Origin: a virus | Lineage: Duplodnaviria > Caudoviricetes | IMG/VR virus record: IMGVR_UViG_3300043676_000014 | Span: 30,147-94,146 of that record | DNA length: 64,000 nucleotides | Strand: one strand, 5' to 3' | In this document: piece after piece, positions 45,480 through 56,274 of the stretch | Layout of the letters: every line of letters begins with the position of its first letter | Position numbering within the stretch: position 1 is the first letter of the stretch | Notes under the pieces: generated by a model | Seen by the model: only the letters and a program-made list of their open reading frames with translations | Told to the model about the DNA's origin: nothing | Databases searched by the model: none | Position numbers and translations under genes: made by a program

Positions 45480-46168
45480 TATGCTCTTTCCTTTCGGTTG
45501 GTAGTGTTGTTATTGCCTCGATACACTTTATCGCGAGTCGCATGCGCCACCCGTGACGCTCCACGCTCCGGAGGTGGTGCGTTTGTAACTGCTGCCTTCT
45601 CAGTCCTGATGTTGCGCATGGCGCGGATTTCTTCGCCTGTCTTGGGATCTCTTTGAGTTCTTGAATCCGGCCACCACTTCTCTGCCATGTCGTCAAGTCC
45701 GGTATGGAATCGAAACGTCGCCTCCTTGAGATAAGTTTTCCACCGCCTGTCCCACTTGGGATCGTGAAGTTGCCGAGCCGCTTGTTCGATCGTTAGGCCA
45801 ACGACGCACACGCGATGAATCATCGCATATGTTTTTGGATTGTTTAGCTTCAGCTTGACCTGGTGAACGTCGTCAGCAGCCGAAAGATACGTATCTGCAA
45901 ATCCCATTGATGGACCTGACCTGCCACGGACTCTGTCGAAGTCCATTGATCCACCAGAAGACGCAGAGGTCATTTCCCACGACATCCTGTAACGATCTCC
46001 GGCAGCGAATTGTAGCTGCGTCAATTGCTTACGATTGAACATGCTCGTGAGCGTGTCAGTGACGCGCTCGACGCGATCCATTTTTTCAAGCCTGTACGGC
46101 GATTCCACTTCCGCAGTTTCAGTTCTAGGTCTCGCGTTCGTTTCGCGCTTACGCTTTGAATTCGCCAC
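45479..46168 (-). CDS. Putative late transcription regulator (Q-position protein)
   Basis: L...Q..AG.RY and VCV.G..+ motifs, upstream of the late genes. Confidence 0.55.
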   Translation of the reverse strand: MANSKRKRETNARPRTETAEVESPYRLEKMDRVERVTDTLTSMFNRKQLTQLQFAAGDRYRMSWEMTSASSGGSMDFDRVRGRSGPSMGFADTYLSAADDVHQVKLKLNNPKTYAMIHRVCVVGLTIEQAARQLHDPKWDRRWKTYLKEATFRFHTGLDDMAEKWWPDSRTQRDPKTGEEIRAMRNIRTEKAAVTNAPPPERGASRVAHATRDKVYRGNNNTTNRKERA

Positions 46169-46234
46169 TGCGTATCCTGACTTCCAAGAGTTTTGTGATG
46201 CTGAAGCCCATGATACGCTAGGGCAAAATTAAAC

Positions 46235-47137
46235 TTAACGATTGTAGATCGCGATTTTCGTCCTATCGACCGCTGGCATTTTTAACTTGTACCGCGACTG
46301 CCTGATGCCCAATGATGCATCGCCGCGCCAATGAGATCGAACTATCTCCAGCCTCCCCAACCTCAATCTTAGATGAGAGCGGCAAAAATGAAGCGCCCTT
46401 TGCCCAGTGAGATGAGATTCCTCCGGATCTTCACCAGAGGCATCCACTGTCGGCGTTATCTCTAGTTTTATTTCAGTCCAATCGCGCAATGAGAAGCCGC
46501 CCTGACCTCGAAATTGAGTCGCTAGGCGGCGCTGGAGTCCCCTATGCGGTGAGTGATGTGCTCGGCCAATTATTTTTGGTGTGTTTATGATTGCCAAGCA
46601 GAGCGTGGCCCACGTTAGCATAAAGTGAGTGATATGCCGCCACCCTTCATTTATTTCCCCAGCCGTCATTCCATGACGTGGAGCAGATTCAAAAAAACCA
46701 GTGGACACAAGAAAATCGGTAGGCTCGAGACCGAGTCCGAATTGCCCTAACCGAAGTCCGCCAAGGGGCACTGACAATGGGGAGGGTTGATGGCCTGAAG
46801 CTGGATCAACGGTGCTGTAAACCATCGTGGCCCTAGCCCATTTTTCTCCATCAGAAATAGCTTCTTCTAGGTGGATACCAACTCGGTTAAAACCATCTAC
46901 GTTGCCCTCGATCCAAGTTCGTGGAGCGGGTAGAAACGATGTTCGGTCAAAAACAGTATGATGATCATCTGCTCTTGTCGCGATCTGCCTGATCTCATCA
47001 ATCATCTCGCCAACAGCAGAGACATCGAAGCAATGTACATCGGATAGCCGACTTAGTAAGTCGGCCTGATCATTGAGCCACCGTTGTTTTACTGGCGTAG
47101 CCAAGTCTTTGAGTACGCGATATGCGAGCGGCGTCAT
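46235..47137 (-). CDS. Hypothetical protein with C-terminal H..R.H.R...HWRG motif
   Basis: 300-aa co-oriented ORF. Confidence 0.7.
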   Translation of the reverse strand: MTPLAYRVLKDLATPVKQRWLNDQADLLSRLSDVHCFDVSAVGEMIDEIRQIATRADDHHTVFDRTSFLPAPRTWIEGNVDGFNRVGIHLEEAISDGEKWARATMVYSTVDPASGHQPSPLSVPLGGLRLGQFGLGLEPTDFLVSTGFFESAPRHGMTAGEINEGWRHITHFMLTWATLCLAIINTPKIIGRAHHSPHRGLQRRLATQFRGQGGFSLRDWTEIKLEITPTVDASGEDPEESHLTGQRALHFCRSHLRLRLGRLEIVRSHWRGDASLGIRQSRYKLKMPAVDRTKIAIYNR

Positions 47138-47138
47138 T

Positions 47139-48668
47139 TTACTTCTCGACTATCTTGAGACCAACCGCTTCAAGTCGGTTCATAAAACCATTCAACCCGT
47201 CTGACGACTCGCGAAATTCTCCGAGAACTCTGGCAACCACCCGATCCTTACTCTTTGGCTCATCGCCCTTGAGCGTCTTGCGGGCGACATCCTCCAGCGC
47301 TATCGCGATCACATCACGCATAATAAATGCCGACTCCGACTTCAGGAAATTGTCCCAGAAGAGACTCATGATGGTGTCGGCGCGCTGGCGCGCTTCGTCT
47401 TGCGTCATGTTGCGTTCCTAAGACTTGCCTCTTACGTCTCTTCCGGTCTGTAGAGAAAACATCGCCATGGGCTCAACCTTCGCCAACGATGGCGCATCCT
47501 GCCAGAACCAACGGCGTCGACGGATCAGCACAAGCAAGGTCTGATGGCCCGTAGCGGAGCAATTTACAACTGCCCAACCGTCAGACGCAGCCTTGGATAA
47601 TTCACCGCGATTATACCATCCTTGGGACGCGGAGGCGCTAAGCTCAATCACATTGAACTCGGTTCTAAACAGCCATCTCACTTTCAGTTCCTTTCATTTC
47701 GTTTCATCCAGAACATCAAGGAAGTTTTCGACTGCGTATCCTTCAATAGTCCGACTTGTGATGCTGAGCGCCGGATACGCTGGCGCGTTGTTACTTTACG
47801 TTGCCGAAAACTCGACGCCCGCAGTAGTTAACTCAACTTCAATTTGCTTGATGCGCGCACGAGCGGTCGGGAGCGCGAGTGCCATAATCCCATCAATTGT
47901 TGATTTATCGTTGAGCAAGACGTTGTGATAACTCTCGCCGAGACGGCCCATCGACCTCTCGAAGTCAGTCGGAATATAAATTCCGATATAGCGCGCTGAA
48001 AATTCTTCACAGGTAAAGCGGAGCAGATCGCCGCGCTCACGCAAGATCCTCTGGTATTTTTCTAAATCGCTCGCATTCATCTCTATGCCTTTCGGGTTAC
48101 GTCAACTTACACTTCGGACTTCCACACGAATGCAGCCACTCATCCGCAATCTTCTTTGATCTCCATCCTTCAGCTTTTGCCATAAGCCATGCTTCACTGA
48201 AGTCAGTAGTGTCGGCTTCGAATGTTTCGGGGCAGCAGTCGCATTCGAAGATGATCTTTCCGCCCTGCCTGTCGATCATGCTTCCCTCGACCACTTTCGC
48301 CATGTAAATCGAAGTCCAAAAACAACAAACGTCGGCACACATCCGTTACGCTCTGAAAACAAGCTGTTGCGCGCTAGCTTCACGTTAACCTGACCCCAAG
48401 GCCAGACAGGAACCACAAGGAAGCTTAAATGTTGTATCGCCTTCATGTTTCCCTCGGATGATTACGACTTACAAAGTTCTAGAGCTTGCTGTTCGGTGAA
48501 CCCCTCGCCGACATACGCCAAATAGGACGCGCGCCGTAGCTTGGCTTGTAGCTGCGCGTATTCGATGTGGTTAGAAAGGTCGCGCCGCATCGCATCGATT
48601 GCGCCCCTGAATTTGTCGCGGTCGCCGACAAGCTCCACAATTTTCGGGCCGTCGCCAGAGTCATTCAT
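47139..48668 (-). CDS. Run of small hypothetical ORFs (47139-47408, 47418-47681, 47796-48080, 48097-48342 CxxC, 48462-48668)
   Basis: Co-oriented and closely packed, no recognised family. Confidence 0.55.
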
Positions 48669-48976
48669 GTTTCCCTCTGGTTGCTGGCGTGGGTACTCGG
48701 GCCTAACGTTGGCTTGACTAGCGGCATAGGAACGTCGACCGGCTCTGCCGGCAAAACTTCCCCCGCAGCACGCTTCTCAATCTCAGCCGCAGTGAGAATC
48801 GAGAGGTCTAATGATTTATCAACGACCATGATCTTATGGCCCGGAGCGACGCGTTCGAAATCAGATTGGATGCGAACTACCGTCTCATACGAGAGAGTGT
48901 GCTGCGACTTCACCACCAGAATATCTCCCGGTCGCAAATCCATGCGCGCGATTTTGTATTCGAGATCATTGTTCAT
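48665..48976 (-). CDS. Hypothetical protein, paralogue of 489-719
   Basis: L.PGD+LVVK...DLSILT. Confidence 0.7.
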   Translation of the reverse strand: MNNDLEYKIARMDLRPGDILVVKSQHTLSYETVVRIQSDFERVAPGHKIMVVDKSLDLSILTAAEIEKRAAGEVLPAEPVDVPMPLVKPTLGPSTHASNQRET

Positions 48977-49167
48977 GTCGCTGAATGATCCAAAACGCCG
49001 TTGTAGTAACCCACTATGAAGGCCGTGACTTTCATTCGACTGCGACCGACCTTGGCATGAGCCAAACGAACCATCTTCTGTGGCACGCGTAGTTTGGTCG
49101 CGAGGTATTTGATTTCATGCTTTTCGCTGGAGAGGAGTTTGCGGTCCATTTTGTGTGCGCGTTTCAT
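48973..49167 (-). CDS. DUF3606-like small protein
   Basis: DR......E.HE+.Y...K..V....+..A...VG.S pattern. Confidence 0.55.
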   Translation of the reverse strand: MKRAHKMDRKLLSSEKHEIKYLATKLRVPQKMVRLAHAKVGRSRMKVTAFIVGYYNGVLDHSAT

Positions 49168-49672
49168 GCTGCTGTTTCCTCACTTTGGTACGGTTTGATT
49201 ACCCGGCGCTTGCCCTTGTGATCGATCCAGATCTTCGCGTCGTATTCGTCTGGGGCAAGCCACATCGAATGAAGGCAGATCGCTCCGCGCGGGGCGCTGT
49301 GACTGTTGTATCCATTGCTTCTCACGGGAGGGTCGAGCACTGGCCCGTAGTGCAAACCATCAACGCACCACACGGCAGCATCGGGCGGGAATTTTTTCAG
49401 TGACTCGATTAGTTCTGCGACCGATAAAGTTTTGTCAGTCATACAATATCCTCCAATGCAATTATTCCACCTTCAACCAAAGCCCTCGCGGCTATCGTTG
49501 CTGCTGTCTCAGAATAGCCAGCAGATTCCCACGTCCAATACAGCGCGCAGACATAGCCACGCTGAAAATCATCGTTGACACCATCGCGGATACACAAACT
49601 CATTTGGCTCTCGATTAGGCGTTTTAGGCTGTAAGCACGGCGACGATCTCGCAGGCTAACAGCGTGCAACAC
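49164..49672 (-). CDS. Two small hypothetical ORFs (49164-49442, 49439-49672)
   Basis: ATGA-coupled run. Confidence 0.5.
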
Positions 49673-49701
49673 CTTCCGAAGATAGATCGCGGTCGCGCTG
49701 C

Positions 49702-50652
49702 TTATGCCGCGTGCTCCGATTCGCTTGGATCGATACGTTCACCGAAGTCGTTGAACTCTTTTGGAAACAACGTCTCACAACGAGCCGCTTTTTCGTAAAT
49801 CGTACCGTCGGCGGCGATCTGCTTACACAGGAACAGTGGGCTAAGCTTCTGCTCGCGCCGAATGATGTTCCAACAGGTATGCTCCTGCGTTCCCTCGACC
49901 ACGATCGGCCAGGAGCTGCGGTCGACCTCCGGCGCCGCGGCGCGCTCAGAGACCAAATAAGAAACCGCAGCGATGTCGCTCCAGCGCTTCTCGCTGAGCC
50001 ATTTCAGCGCGTGGGCGATGTACTGCGTGCGCTCATGGCCCTTCTCGCGAGCCTTGGCGGCGTACTGCCTTGCGCCAGCGATGATCAACAAAGGATCCAC
50101 GCCGGTTTTTACCAACTGATCAAACCGCATCTTCGCCGGCTGCTTCGGGTTGTCTCCATCCCTTTGTGGATATTCCTTCCAAAACTCCTCGAAATAATCA
50201 CGCACATCCGGCGGCGCGTCAGCGCCAGCCGCGGTATGTGGTCCTTGATCCAAGGTACAGGTAGAAGGTCCAAGGTCAGCATCGAAGTCTCGCGAATCCT
50301 CGCGAGATGGTTCCGATCTCTCGCGATATTCAGGCAATCGAGATGCTGATGGGCGGTCAATCTTTTGATGTTCCAACCACTTAACGATCTCTAGGTATTG
50401 CGACCCGTTAACCTCATAGCGTCTGATCTGCCGGTGGCGCTCGAGTTCGGTCATCCAGTGGTCGATGAGGCTGGGAGCGTCATCGTCGTAGGGGTATAGA
50501 AGGCTCGCGAGCAATCTCGAGGCTGCGCGAGCCCTCCCAGCATCATCAACAACCGTGAAAAGTTGGATGAAAAGCAGGCGCGCGTCGCGCGACAACCGTC
50601 CGATGGATTCGGACTGTGGCAACTCTGGCTTGATGGTCCGGATGCGTGGCAT
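49702..50652 (-). CDS. Phage replication initiator / replisome organiser
   Basis: MPRIRTIKPE...ARLLFI.L....DD.GR wHTH, and F+.FW..YP...K..A...WL...RW C-terminal domain. Confidence 0.85.
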   Translation of the reverse strand: MPRIRTIKPELPQSESIGRLSRDARLLFIQLFTVVDDAGRARAASRLLASLLYPYDDDAPSLIDHWMTELERHRQIRRYEVNGSQYLEIVKWLEHQKIDRPSASRLPEYRERSEPSREDSRDFDADLGPSTCTLDQGPHTAAGADAPPDVRDYFEEFWKEYPQRDGDNPKQPAKMRFDQLVKTGVDPLLIIAGARQYAAKAREKGHERTQYIAHALKWLSEKRWSDIAAVSYLVSERAAAPEVDRSSWPIVVEGTQEHTCWNIIRREQKLSPLFLCKQIAADGTIYEKAARCETLFPKEFNDFGERIDPSESEHAA

Positions 50653-50660
50653 ATACCCCT

Positions 50661-51104
50661 TTAGGCTATCGCCTGGACGTTGGAATTTTCGGCATAGTAA
50701 TGACGCCACGCCTTGAGGACGCGGCCTACACGCTCATATTCTGGGATCATTGTGGCCTGTACTATCTCATCAAACTTTGGTTGTGGTATTGGCCGCGGAG
50801 CCTGCGCCTCAAGGTGGAGTCTTAGTACGCGGCAAGATTCGGTCATGGCATAAAGCGGATCTAGGTCGAACCATTCGCCAGCCATGCGCTTTTCCGAAAA
50901 ATGCTTGTGCAGAACAGATTCCCATGTCCTTGCTATCCATCTTTCCGGAACTCGAAACTCAGCTAAGGTTATGACTCTCTTTGGAGACGTAGTTTGAATG
51001 GCCTTCTCTCGTTTCACTAGGTTTCCCGTAAAGCCGATCTTGACTGGGCCTAACGGCTCAGCATCACGTCCATAAAAACAAATGAGATAAACCTGCCAGA
51101 CCAT
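50661..51104 (-). CDS. GIY-YIG (T5orf172-like) protein
   Basis: VY+I...VKIGF+....R...+QT..P...E..LH..F...R..GEWF. Confidence 0.85.
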   Translation of the reverse strand: MVWQVYLICFYGRDAEPLGPVKIGFTGNLVKREKAIQTTSPKRVITLAEFRVPERWIARTWESVLHKHFSEKRMAGEWFDLDPLYAMTESCRVLRLHLEAQAPRPIPQPKFDEIVQATMIPEYERVGRVLKAWRHYYAENSNVQAIA

Positions 51105-51106
51105 CG

Positions 51107-52582
51107 CTATGTCCCTAGAGCTTCACTGTCGGCGCACACCGGCGTTTTCTCGCTCTCAACCCGTTCCAACTCTCGCCAGAACTCCGTCCGGTATGTTTCT
51201 CGCGTTCCCTCGATCTCATGCCATGTTACCTTAACGAGACGACACTTGATGCACTGACGTTCTGTCTTGCGCGGCAATGCGATCGCGTTTGGTACGCGCG
51301 AAGGCTCGCCCCACTTGTGGCGGGTGGAGGTCATGACAGTATCTCTGGCATTTTATTTTCGATCCACAGCGACGCGCAGTTGGTCCCACAGAAGTCGACA
51401 TTGGCTATTACGAGTGAATGTGCTGGCGCCGTCACTTGCATGCAGATCGGACCGTACATGCTGCCCATAGGCGTTTTGCTGACGCTCGCTCCGCAGTTAT
51501 CGCAAAAATACTCTGTTTCGATCTTACGCATCAGATCGCATCCCCATCACTGTTGATGGTTACACCGTGGAGACGGTTCGGTGTGTCATCTCCGAAGTCG
51601 TAATCATGATCGTTGTCCACGTAGACCCAACGCCACTCACGATTTCGATTGGGCCACGCGATCAGTTCGCTTGAGTATCGTTCGCTTGAAGAGATAAACG
51701 GCCCTTCAATAATCCGAGAGCCGATCATCGCGCCCTCTCCAACAAAAATTGGACTGAACCCCGCAACGCTTCTGACTGCGTTCGGAGTCATTGCGGCCTC
51801 AGCCATCTCCTTCGCCACCACAGGCGCAACGAACGGTGCTGCTGCAAGTAGTCCAATGAAGTCTCTGCGAGAGGTCATGGTAATTCTCAGTGTCGCGTTT
51901 CATTGGGAATGATTTGTAGCTCGGGCGGATGTTTTGCTTCCGGGTAGAACGGCGGCAGTGGATCAAGTTGCAGAACGTGTCGAACGGTCAGAGCTTCTGC
52001 TCCACCAAATGGCGAATAAAGTACGGCCAGCGCAGCGCAGTCGGTTAAGTGCCGGTCAAACGCGCTGGTGTGCGGAACGCGCCGAAGGATTTTAATAAGA
52101 GTTAGGGGCTCAAATTTCATGGCGGCCTTCCTTCACCGACCCAGCCGCCAAAGCCTCTCCGCGTTTAATCAACCGCCATGCAGCCGTTCTCCCGCATCGA
52201 TATATCGAGACCAGATACTCTGTAGCTTCCGCTTGAGATCCCAATTTCAGCGATAGCCCGTATGCGAATAGCGCTTCGTCATCGCGGGATTCTTTTCGGA
52301 CGATGTGCTGGCCGTAGCTCATGGGCGCGAACTCATCTGATTGGCCAAAGCCTCAGACGCCCTCTCCCGTGCCAAGCGCCGCCCCCGTGAGATCAGCATC
52401 CGTGCCTCGACCGGATCGACGCGTAACGTCCCTGCGACGGCCTCTACGCGTTCTCCTGGGTCACATAGGTCTGCAATTCCGGCGGCTATGACGGCCTTGA
52501 TGTCTCGGGAGTTAGAGTCGATGGGCTTGGTCATGCGCCACCTCTGGCAATTGCCGCATTGTATTCGGCGGACTGCTCGCAC
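51107..52582 (-). CDS. Run of small ORFs (51107-51334, 51331-51531, 51531-51878 Tat-like signal SRRDF, 51887-52120, 52110-52322, 52319-52582)
   Basis: Translationally coupled, co-oriented. Confidence 0.55.
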
Positions 52583-52788
52583 TCGCGCTCGGTCGCGGCG
52601 GTTAAAACCAAATAGTCGTCAATGATCCTGGCCGCTTCACCCGACAGCCCGCGATGGTTCATGTCAGCGCGCTTGCGCAAGGTCAGAAACGTTTCTTCTG
52701 GCAGCGTGACGCTGATACGACGCGAGTTGGGGCCGGCGCCAGCGCGCGTCCCGGTTCGTCTCGCCGCCATGTAGGTTTTGATAGTCAT
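52531..52788 (-). CDS. Ribbon-helix-helix (Arc-like) protein
   Basis: ISVTLP......L...A..N.R.LS.E...I+. Confidence 0.7.
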   Translation of the reverse strand: MTIKTYMAARRTGTRAGAGPNSRRISVTLPEETFLTLRKRADMNHRGLSGEAARIIDDYLVLTAATERECEQSAEYNAAIARGGA

Positions 52789-53249
52789 GCGTCACCTAAA
52801 AACGCGTCGTTTGTTCCGCGTGACTGGAACGCGTCGTTTGTCTCCTGCGGTTCCAGCGTCCGGTACTCCACCGGAACTCCGTTTATCTTCGCGCTGTTGA
52901 TCCCCTGTTCCATTCCTCGAGAAACGCCGCGGTCGATGTACACGACGACCGCCTGAGCTCCGTGCATCCATGCGTGACCGGCGTTGATGCCGTGGATCCG
53001 CTCTACCTCGACTTCGTCGTCAAGAATTCCGGGCTGGGTGTATAGGGCGTGGCTGGCGAACGGGGCCTCCCCGCGCAGCAGGCAGTCCCGCATGCAGGCG
53101 CGGACGTAGGATAGATTTGATTCCACATCCCCTGAAAACGGGCTCTCGACGACCACGCGGCGCATGGCGTGGGGTGGAATGGTGTGGCGATCTGCGATTT
53201 CTGTCACGCCGTCTCTCCTGGTGGGGTCGCGCATATGCTGGCCACCCAC
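52785..53249 (-). CDS. Conserved phage protein (ESPF.GD...GEAPFASH.LY family); true start probably later
   Basis: Motifs and YIDRG+S.GM. Confidence 0.75.
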   Translation of the reverse strand: MGGQHMRDPTRRDGVTEIADRHTIPPHAMRRVVVESPFSGDVESNLSYVRACMRDCLLRGEAPFASHALYTQPGILDDEVEVERIHGINAGHAWMHGAQAVVVYIDRGVSRGMEQGINSAKINGVPVEYRTLEPQETNDAFQSRGTNDAFLGDA

Positions 53250-53389
53250 CCTTTAGACTTGATGTAAGCGCGGGCCTGATCGTCGGTTTTACCGACCAAG
53301 TATTTGATGATCGGAGCCGCGCGGCGAACGATGCCGTCAGTCTCGAAACCGGCCACGAAATGCGGAGCGACAACGCGAACGAGAGTCAT
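53204..53389 (-). CDS. Small hypothetical protein
   Basis: APHF.AG...AAPI..Y..G. Confidence 0.6.
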   Translation of the reverse strand: MTLVRVVAPHFVAGFETDGIVRRAAPIIKYLVGKTDDQARAYIKSKGWVASICATPPGETA

Positions 53390-53694
53390 TCCGGCTCCCC
53401 CATTCGATCGATAAGGGCGCCTATGGGTCCCGATGGAGACCCATCTGCATTTCTCGTAATGGCGTGGCTGATTTCTGATAGTTCAACGCCGTGCTGAAGA
53501 GCGAGACTGAGAAGCACCGCGGAATCTCTCGCTAAAGTTTCTGCCTGAGTCCCGGACTTCGAGCAGTTAAGGAAAATTTCGGCTATAGGACCGCTTGGCC
53601 TGGCGCGTCCAAGTCCCACGACGTAGCGCTGACCCCAAAACTCGAATTGGATGGTCTCGTGGGTACGGCGGTTTGGGAGCGGAACGCGCGTCAT
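53386..53694 (-). CDS. TSCPD-like domain (stand-alone class II RNR C-terminal domain)
   Basis: R..LPNRR...EIF+...K.G......A...SLALQHG. Confidence 0.8.
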   Translation of the reverse strand: MTRVPLPNRRTHETIQFEFWGQRYVVGLGRARPSGPIAEIFLNCSKSGTQAETLARDSAVLLSLALQHGVELSEISHAITRNADGSPSGPIGALIDRMGEPE

Positions 53695-53902
53695 GTCATG
53701 CGCCCCATTAAGCGAAGCTGTTTCATGAAGTCGTCAAGCGCTTCCGTGGGGCTGTCGGAGGGCGACGGCTCCACTCCCCACCGACGAATCCAATCCTTGA
53801 TATATTTTAATTCCTGCTTTTCGGCCTCGCGGTAAGCCGCGTTCCGTTCATCGCGGATGAACTGCGCAAAGTCTCCGAGAATCGAAACAAGATCGCTGCT
53901 CA

Positions 53903-55174
53903 TTATGAGTCCCCACCTGCTGACGCAAACAGCGATCCTGCTTCGAACGGTGCCCTGTCCTTCCCGAGTTGCTTGCCCATGTGACGTGCGCCTTCTTCCT
54001 TACCCATGAAGGCTGCTTCAATACGAGCGCGAGCGAGAGTTGCGTATTCGGGATTGAGTTCGATCAGTGTCGCCTTACGGCCGAGCATGGCCGCAACGAG
54101 AGCACTTGTGCCTGCGCCACCGAAGATATCGAGAACTTCTCCGCCCTCCGGACACCCAGCCTTGATGCAGCGGGCCGCCAATTCAGGTGGAAAAGTTGCG
54201 AAGTGCGCCTCTGAAAACGGCGACGTTCCAATGTTCCACGCTTCCAGAAACGCAGGTTCATAATTTCGCAGATAGCGAGTGTCCGGCATAATCGCCAGAG
54301 ATTCATCCATGCTGACGTTGTTGCGAACGCCTGATCCAGCCTCAGCGACCTTGCGACCGAAGCATCTATCGTTGAAGCCATCATGACGGCGTGAATGACC
54401 GTCCTGCTTGCGGACAACAGCCTTCATATTACCGTTCGTTTTGCCGCCACCGTTGGCGCGAGTGCTACCAATTTGCTTTTCCACGGCTTGCGACACTCGA
54501 GCGTTCGTCGCCGCTGAAACGGGCAGCGCCACTGCCTCAGCGTCATAGAAACACTTCGCTGACTTCGCGAGCATGAATATCTTTTCGTGCGCGGTGCTCG
54601 GCCGATACTTCCCAGATGAGTTCGGCATGGGGTTCGGTTTACCCCAGATGATTTCTGAGCGAACCCACCACCCCGCTTCTTGGAGCGCGATGGCGAGCCG
54701 ATTGGGGACCATGCAAAGGTCTTTGGGCTTTAGCGTACCACCTGACACAATCCTGCCGGTGTGGGTTGCTTGCCCTTCCGAGCCTTTGTTTCCGCTTTGG
54801 CCGCGCCGATCGCCGTTTTCGTGATCGGCTGAGTAGATTGGCCCCGCCCTTTTCGTATCTGCTGCGCTGCGCCCGTTCGGAGAGGTGGCATAGCAGTCGC
54901 CGTAATTCAGCCAGAGCGTCCCAGTCGGCTTGAGGACGCGCTTAACCTCTTCGAATACTTCGACCATGACGGTAAGATGTTCGCCAAGCGTGGGCTCAAG
55001 GCCGATCTCGAAGTGCTTATCTTCGTGACCGTCAGGCAGATATGATCGAAGGCCCCAATAAGGAGGAGAAACTGGAACGCAGTCATAGTAGTTGTCCGGC
55101 AATGTCTTAAGCATTGCCCGCACGTCACCGACAAGCATCGTCACCCGACCATCTAGGAACGTCTCCACGCTCAT
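53903..55174 (-). CDS. N4/N6 DNA methyltransferase (beta class)
   Basis: SPPYWGLR, RVL...GT.WLN.GD, IIW.KPNPMP, HFATFP, D.FGG.GT. Confidence 0.93.
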   Translation of the reverse strand: MSVETFLDGRVTMLVGDVRAMLKTLPDNYYDCVPVSPPYWGLRSYLPDGHEDKHFEIGLEPTLGEHLTVMVEVFEEVKRVLKPTGTLWLNYGDCYATSPNGRSAADTKRAGPIYSADHENGDRRGQSGNKGSEGQATHTGRIVSGGTLKPKDLCMVPNRLAIALQEAGWWVRSEIIWGKPNPMPNSSGKYRPSTAHEKIFMLAKSAKCFYDAEAVALPVSAATNARVSQAVEKQIGSTRANGGGKTNGNMKAVVRKQDGHSRRHDGFNDRCFGRKVAEAGSGVRNNVSMDESLAIMPDTRYLRNYEPAFLEAWNIGTSPFSEAHFATFPPELAARCIKAGCPEGGEVLDIFGGAGTSALVAAMLGRKATLIELNPEYATLARARIEAAFMGKEEGARHMGKQLGKDRAPFEAGSLFASAGGDS

Positions 55175-56274
55175 GCCGCCTCAGCCCTTCGCGTTGTAGA
55201 TGCGCACGGCATCAACACGTTGATTGCAGTTGGCTCTGATGGATCGACGACCCGCATTGGCGCGGACTGGCCCGTGATATGCAGATGCAGTTTGTCACCG
55301 CGCATCACCTTTAGCGCCTCGAGCAATTGCGTGGAGCGAACGCAAACCAGTTTGGATTCGCTCGCCTCGCATTCGATGGTTTCAGCGCCGTCAGCCGCGC
55401 CGGTAATCGAGATCGAGATTTCGTCCGGGGAGACTGATATGTCGATCAGGTCTGACTCGATGAAGTCGCCAACTGAACGGAGACGCGATAGACTTTCCAT
55501 TAGCCCTTCACGGTAGATGATGACCGGCGCTGACAATTCCAGATCGGGGATAATTCGCCGATAGTCAGGAGGGAAAATTGCGTCGATCATCTTCGCTGCG
55601 TAAATGCGATGGCCGTTGGTAATCGAGATGATGCGGTCGGATATTTCAATTTCGCCGCCGCCGAATTTCAATAGTTCATCCGATGCGACGCGCGGGATGA
55701 TGGCGCCCTTGAAGTCGCCGTTATCGATGTCGGTCGAGAAGCGCATCAGCACAAAGCCAGAGGTTCCGACCGACGATAGTTTACCGGCGTCCCCATGCAG
55801 GAAAACGCCGTTGCACATCGGGCGCTGATCCTTGGGATTGAGAGCGTTGCGCGGTCGCACGAACAGTTGCTCGAGATCGTCTTCCGTCACGGCGAACTTG
55901 ACGACGCCAGTCGCGGTCAATGCTGGCGGCATATTCGCCACGTCCAGCGTCGGGAGCTTGTAGCGCGAGCGTCCGGACTTGATGATGCAAGTCATCGCAT
56001 CAAGATCGAATGCGACGGATGCGGACTTCGGCAATCCGTTCACGAGTCGCGACAACGGTTCGGCCGGCAACGCACATGCGCCAGGCGTAGTTATCTCGGC
56101 ATCGATCCTTGCCTCGCTCGACGAGTCCAGATCGTGGCCTAGCAGCGACACTTGCGCATCCCCGGCCTCGATCCGGATATGCTTCAGGATCGGAATGGTG
56201 TTGTGCGGCTTGGCGCGATCACAGGGACCGCGTAGCGCAGTCGAAAGCTCTCCGGCGTTGACGGTGAATTTCAT
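55171..56274 (-). CDS. dnaN: Phage-encoded DNA polymerase III beta sliding clamp
   Basis: 367 aa, IPIL..+, D.R....GV, F.PDY.R+IP, VLMP. Confidence 0.88.
   Translation of the reverse strand: MKFTVNAGELSTALRGPCDRAKPHNTIPILKHIRIEAGDAQVSLLGHDLDSSSEARIDAEITTPGACALPAEPLSRLVNGLPKSASVAFDLDAMTCIIKSGRSRYKLPTLDVANMPPALTATGVVKFAVTEDDLEQLFVRPRNALNPKDQRPMCNGVFLHGDAGKLSSVGTSGFVLMRFSTDIDNGDFKGAIIPRVASDELLKFGGGEIEISDRIISITNGHRIYAAKMIDAIFPPDYRRIIPDLELSAPVIIYREGLMESLSRLRSVGDFIESDLIDISVSPDEISISITGAADGAETIECEASESKLVCVRSTQLLEALKVMRGDKLHLHITGQSAPMRVVDPSEPTAINVLMPCASTTRRAEAA

Noticed and set aside
52800-52842. 14-bp direct repeat AACGCGTCGTTTGT
   Set aside because: A two-copy local duplication at a gene end, with no further structure.
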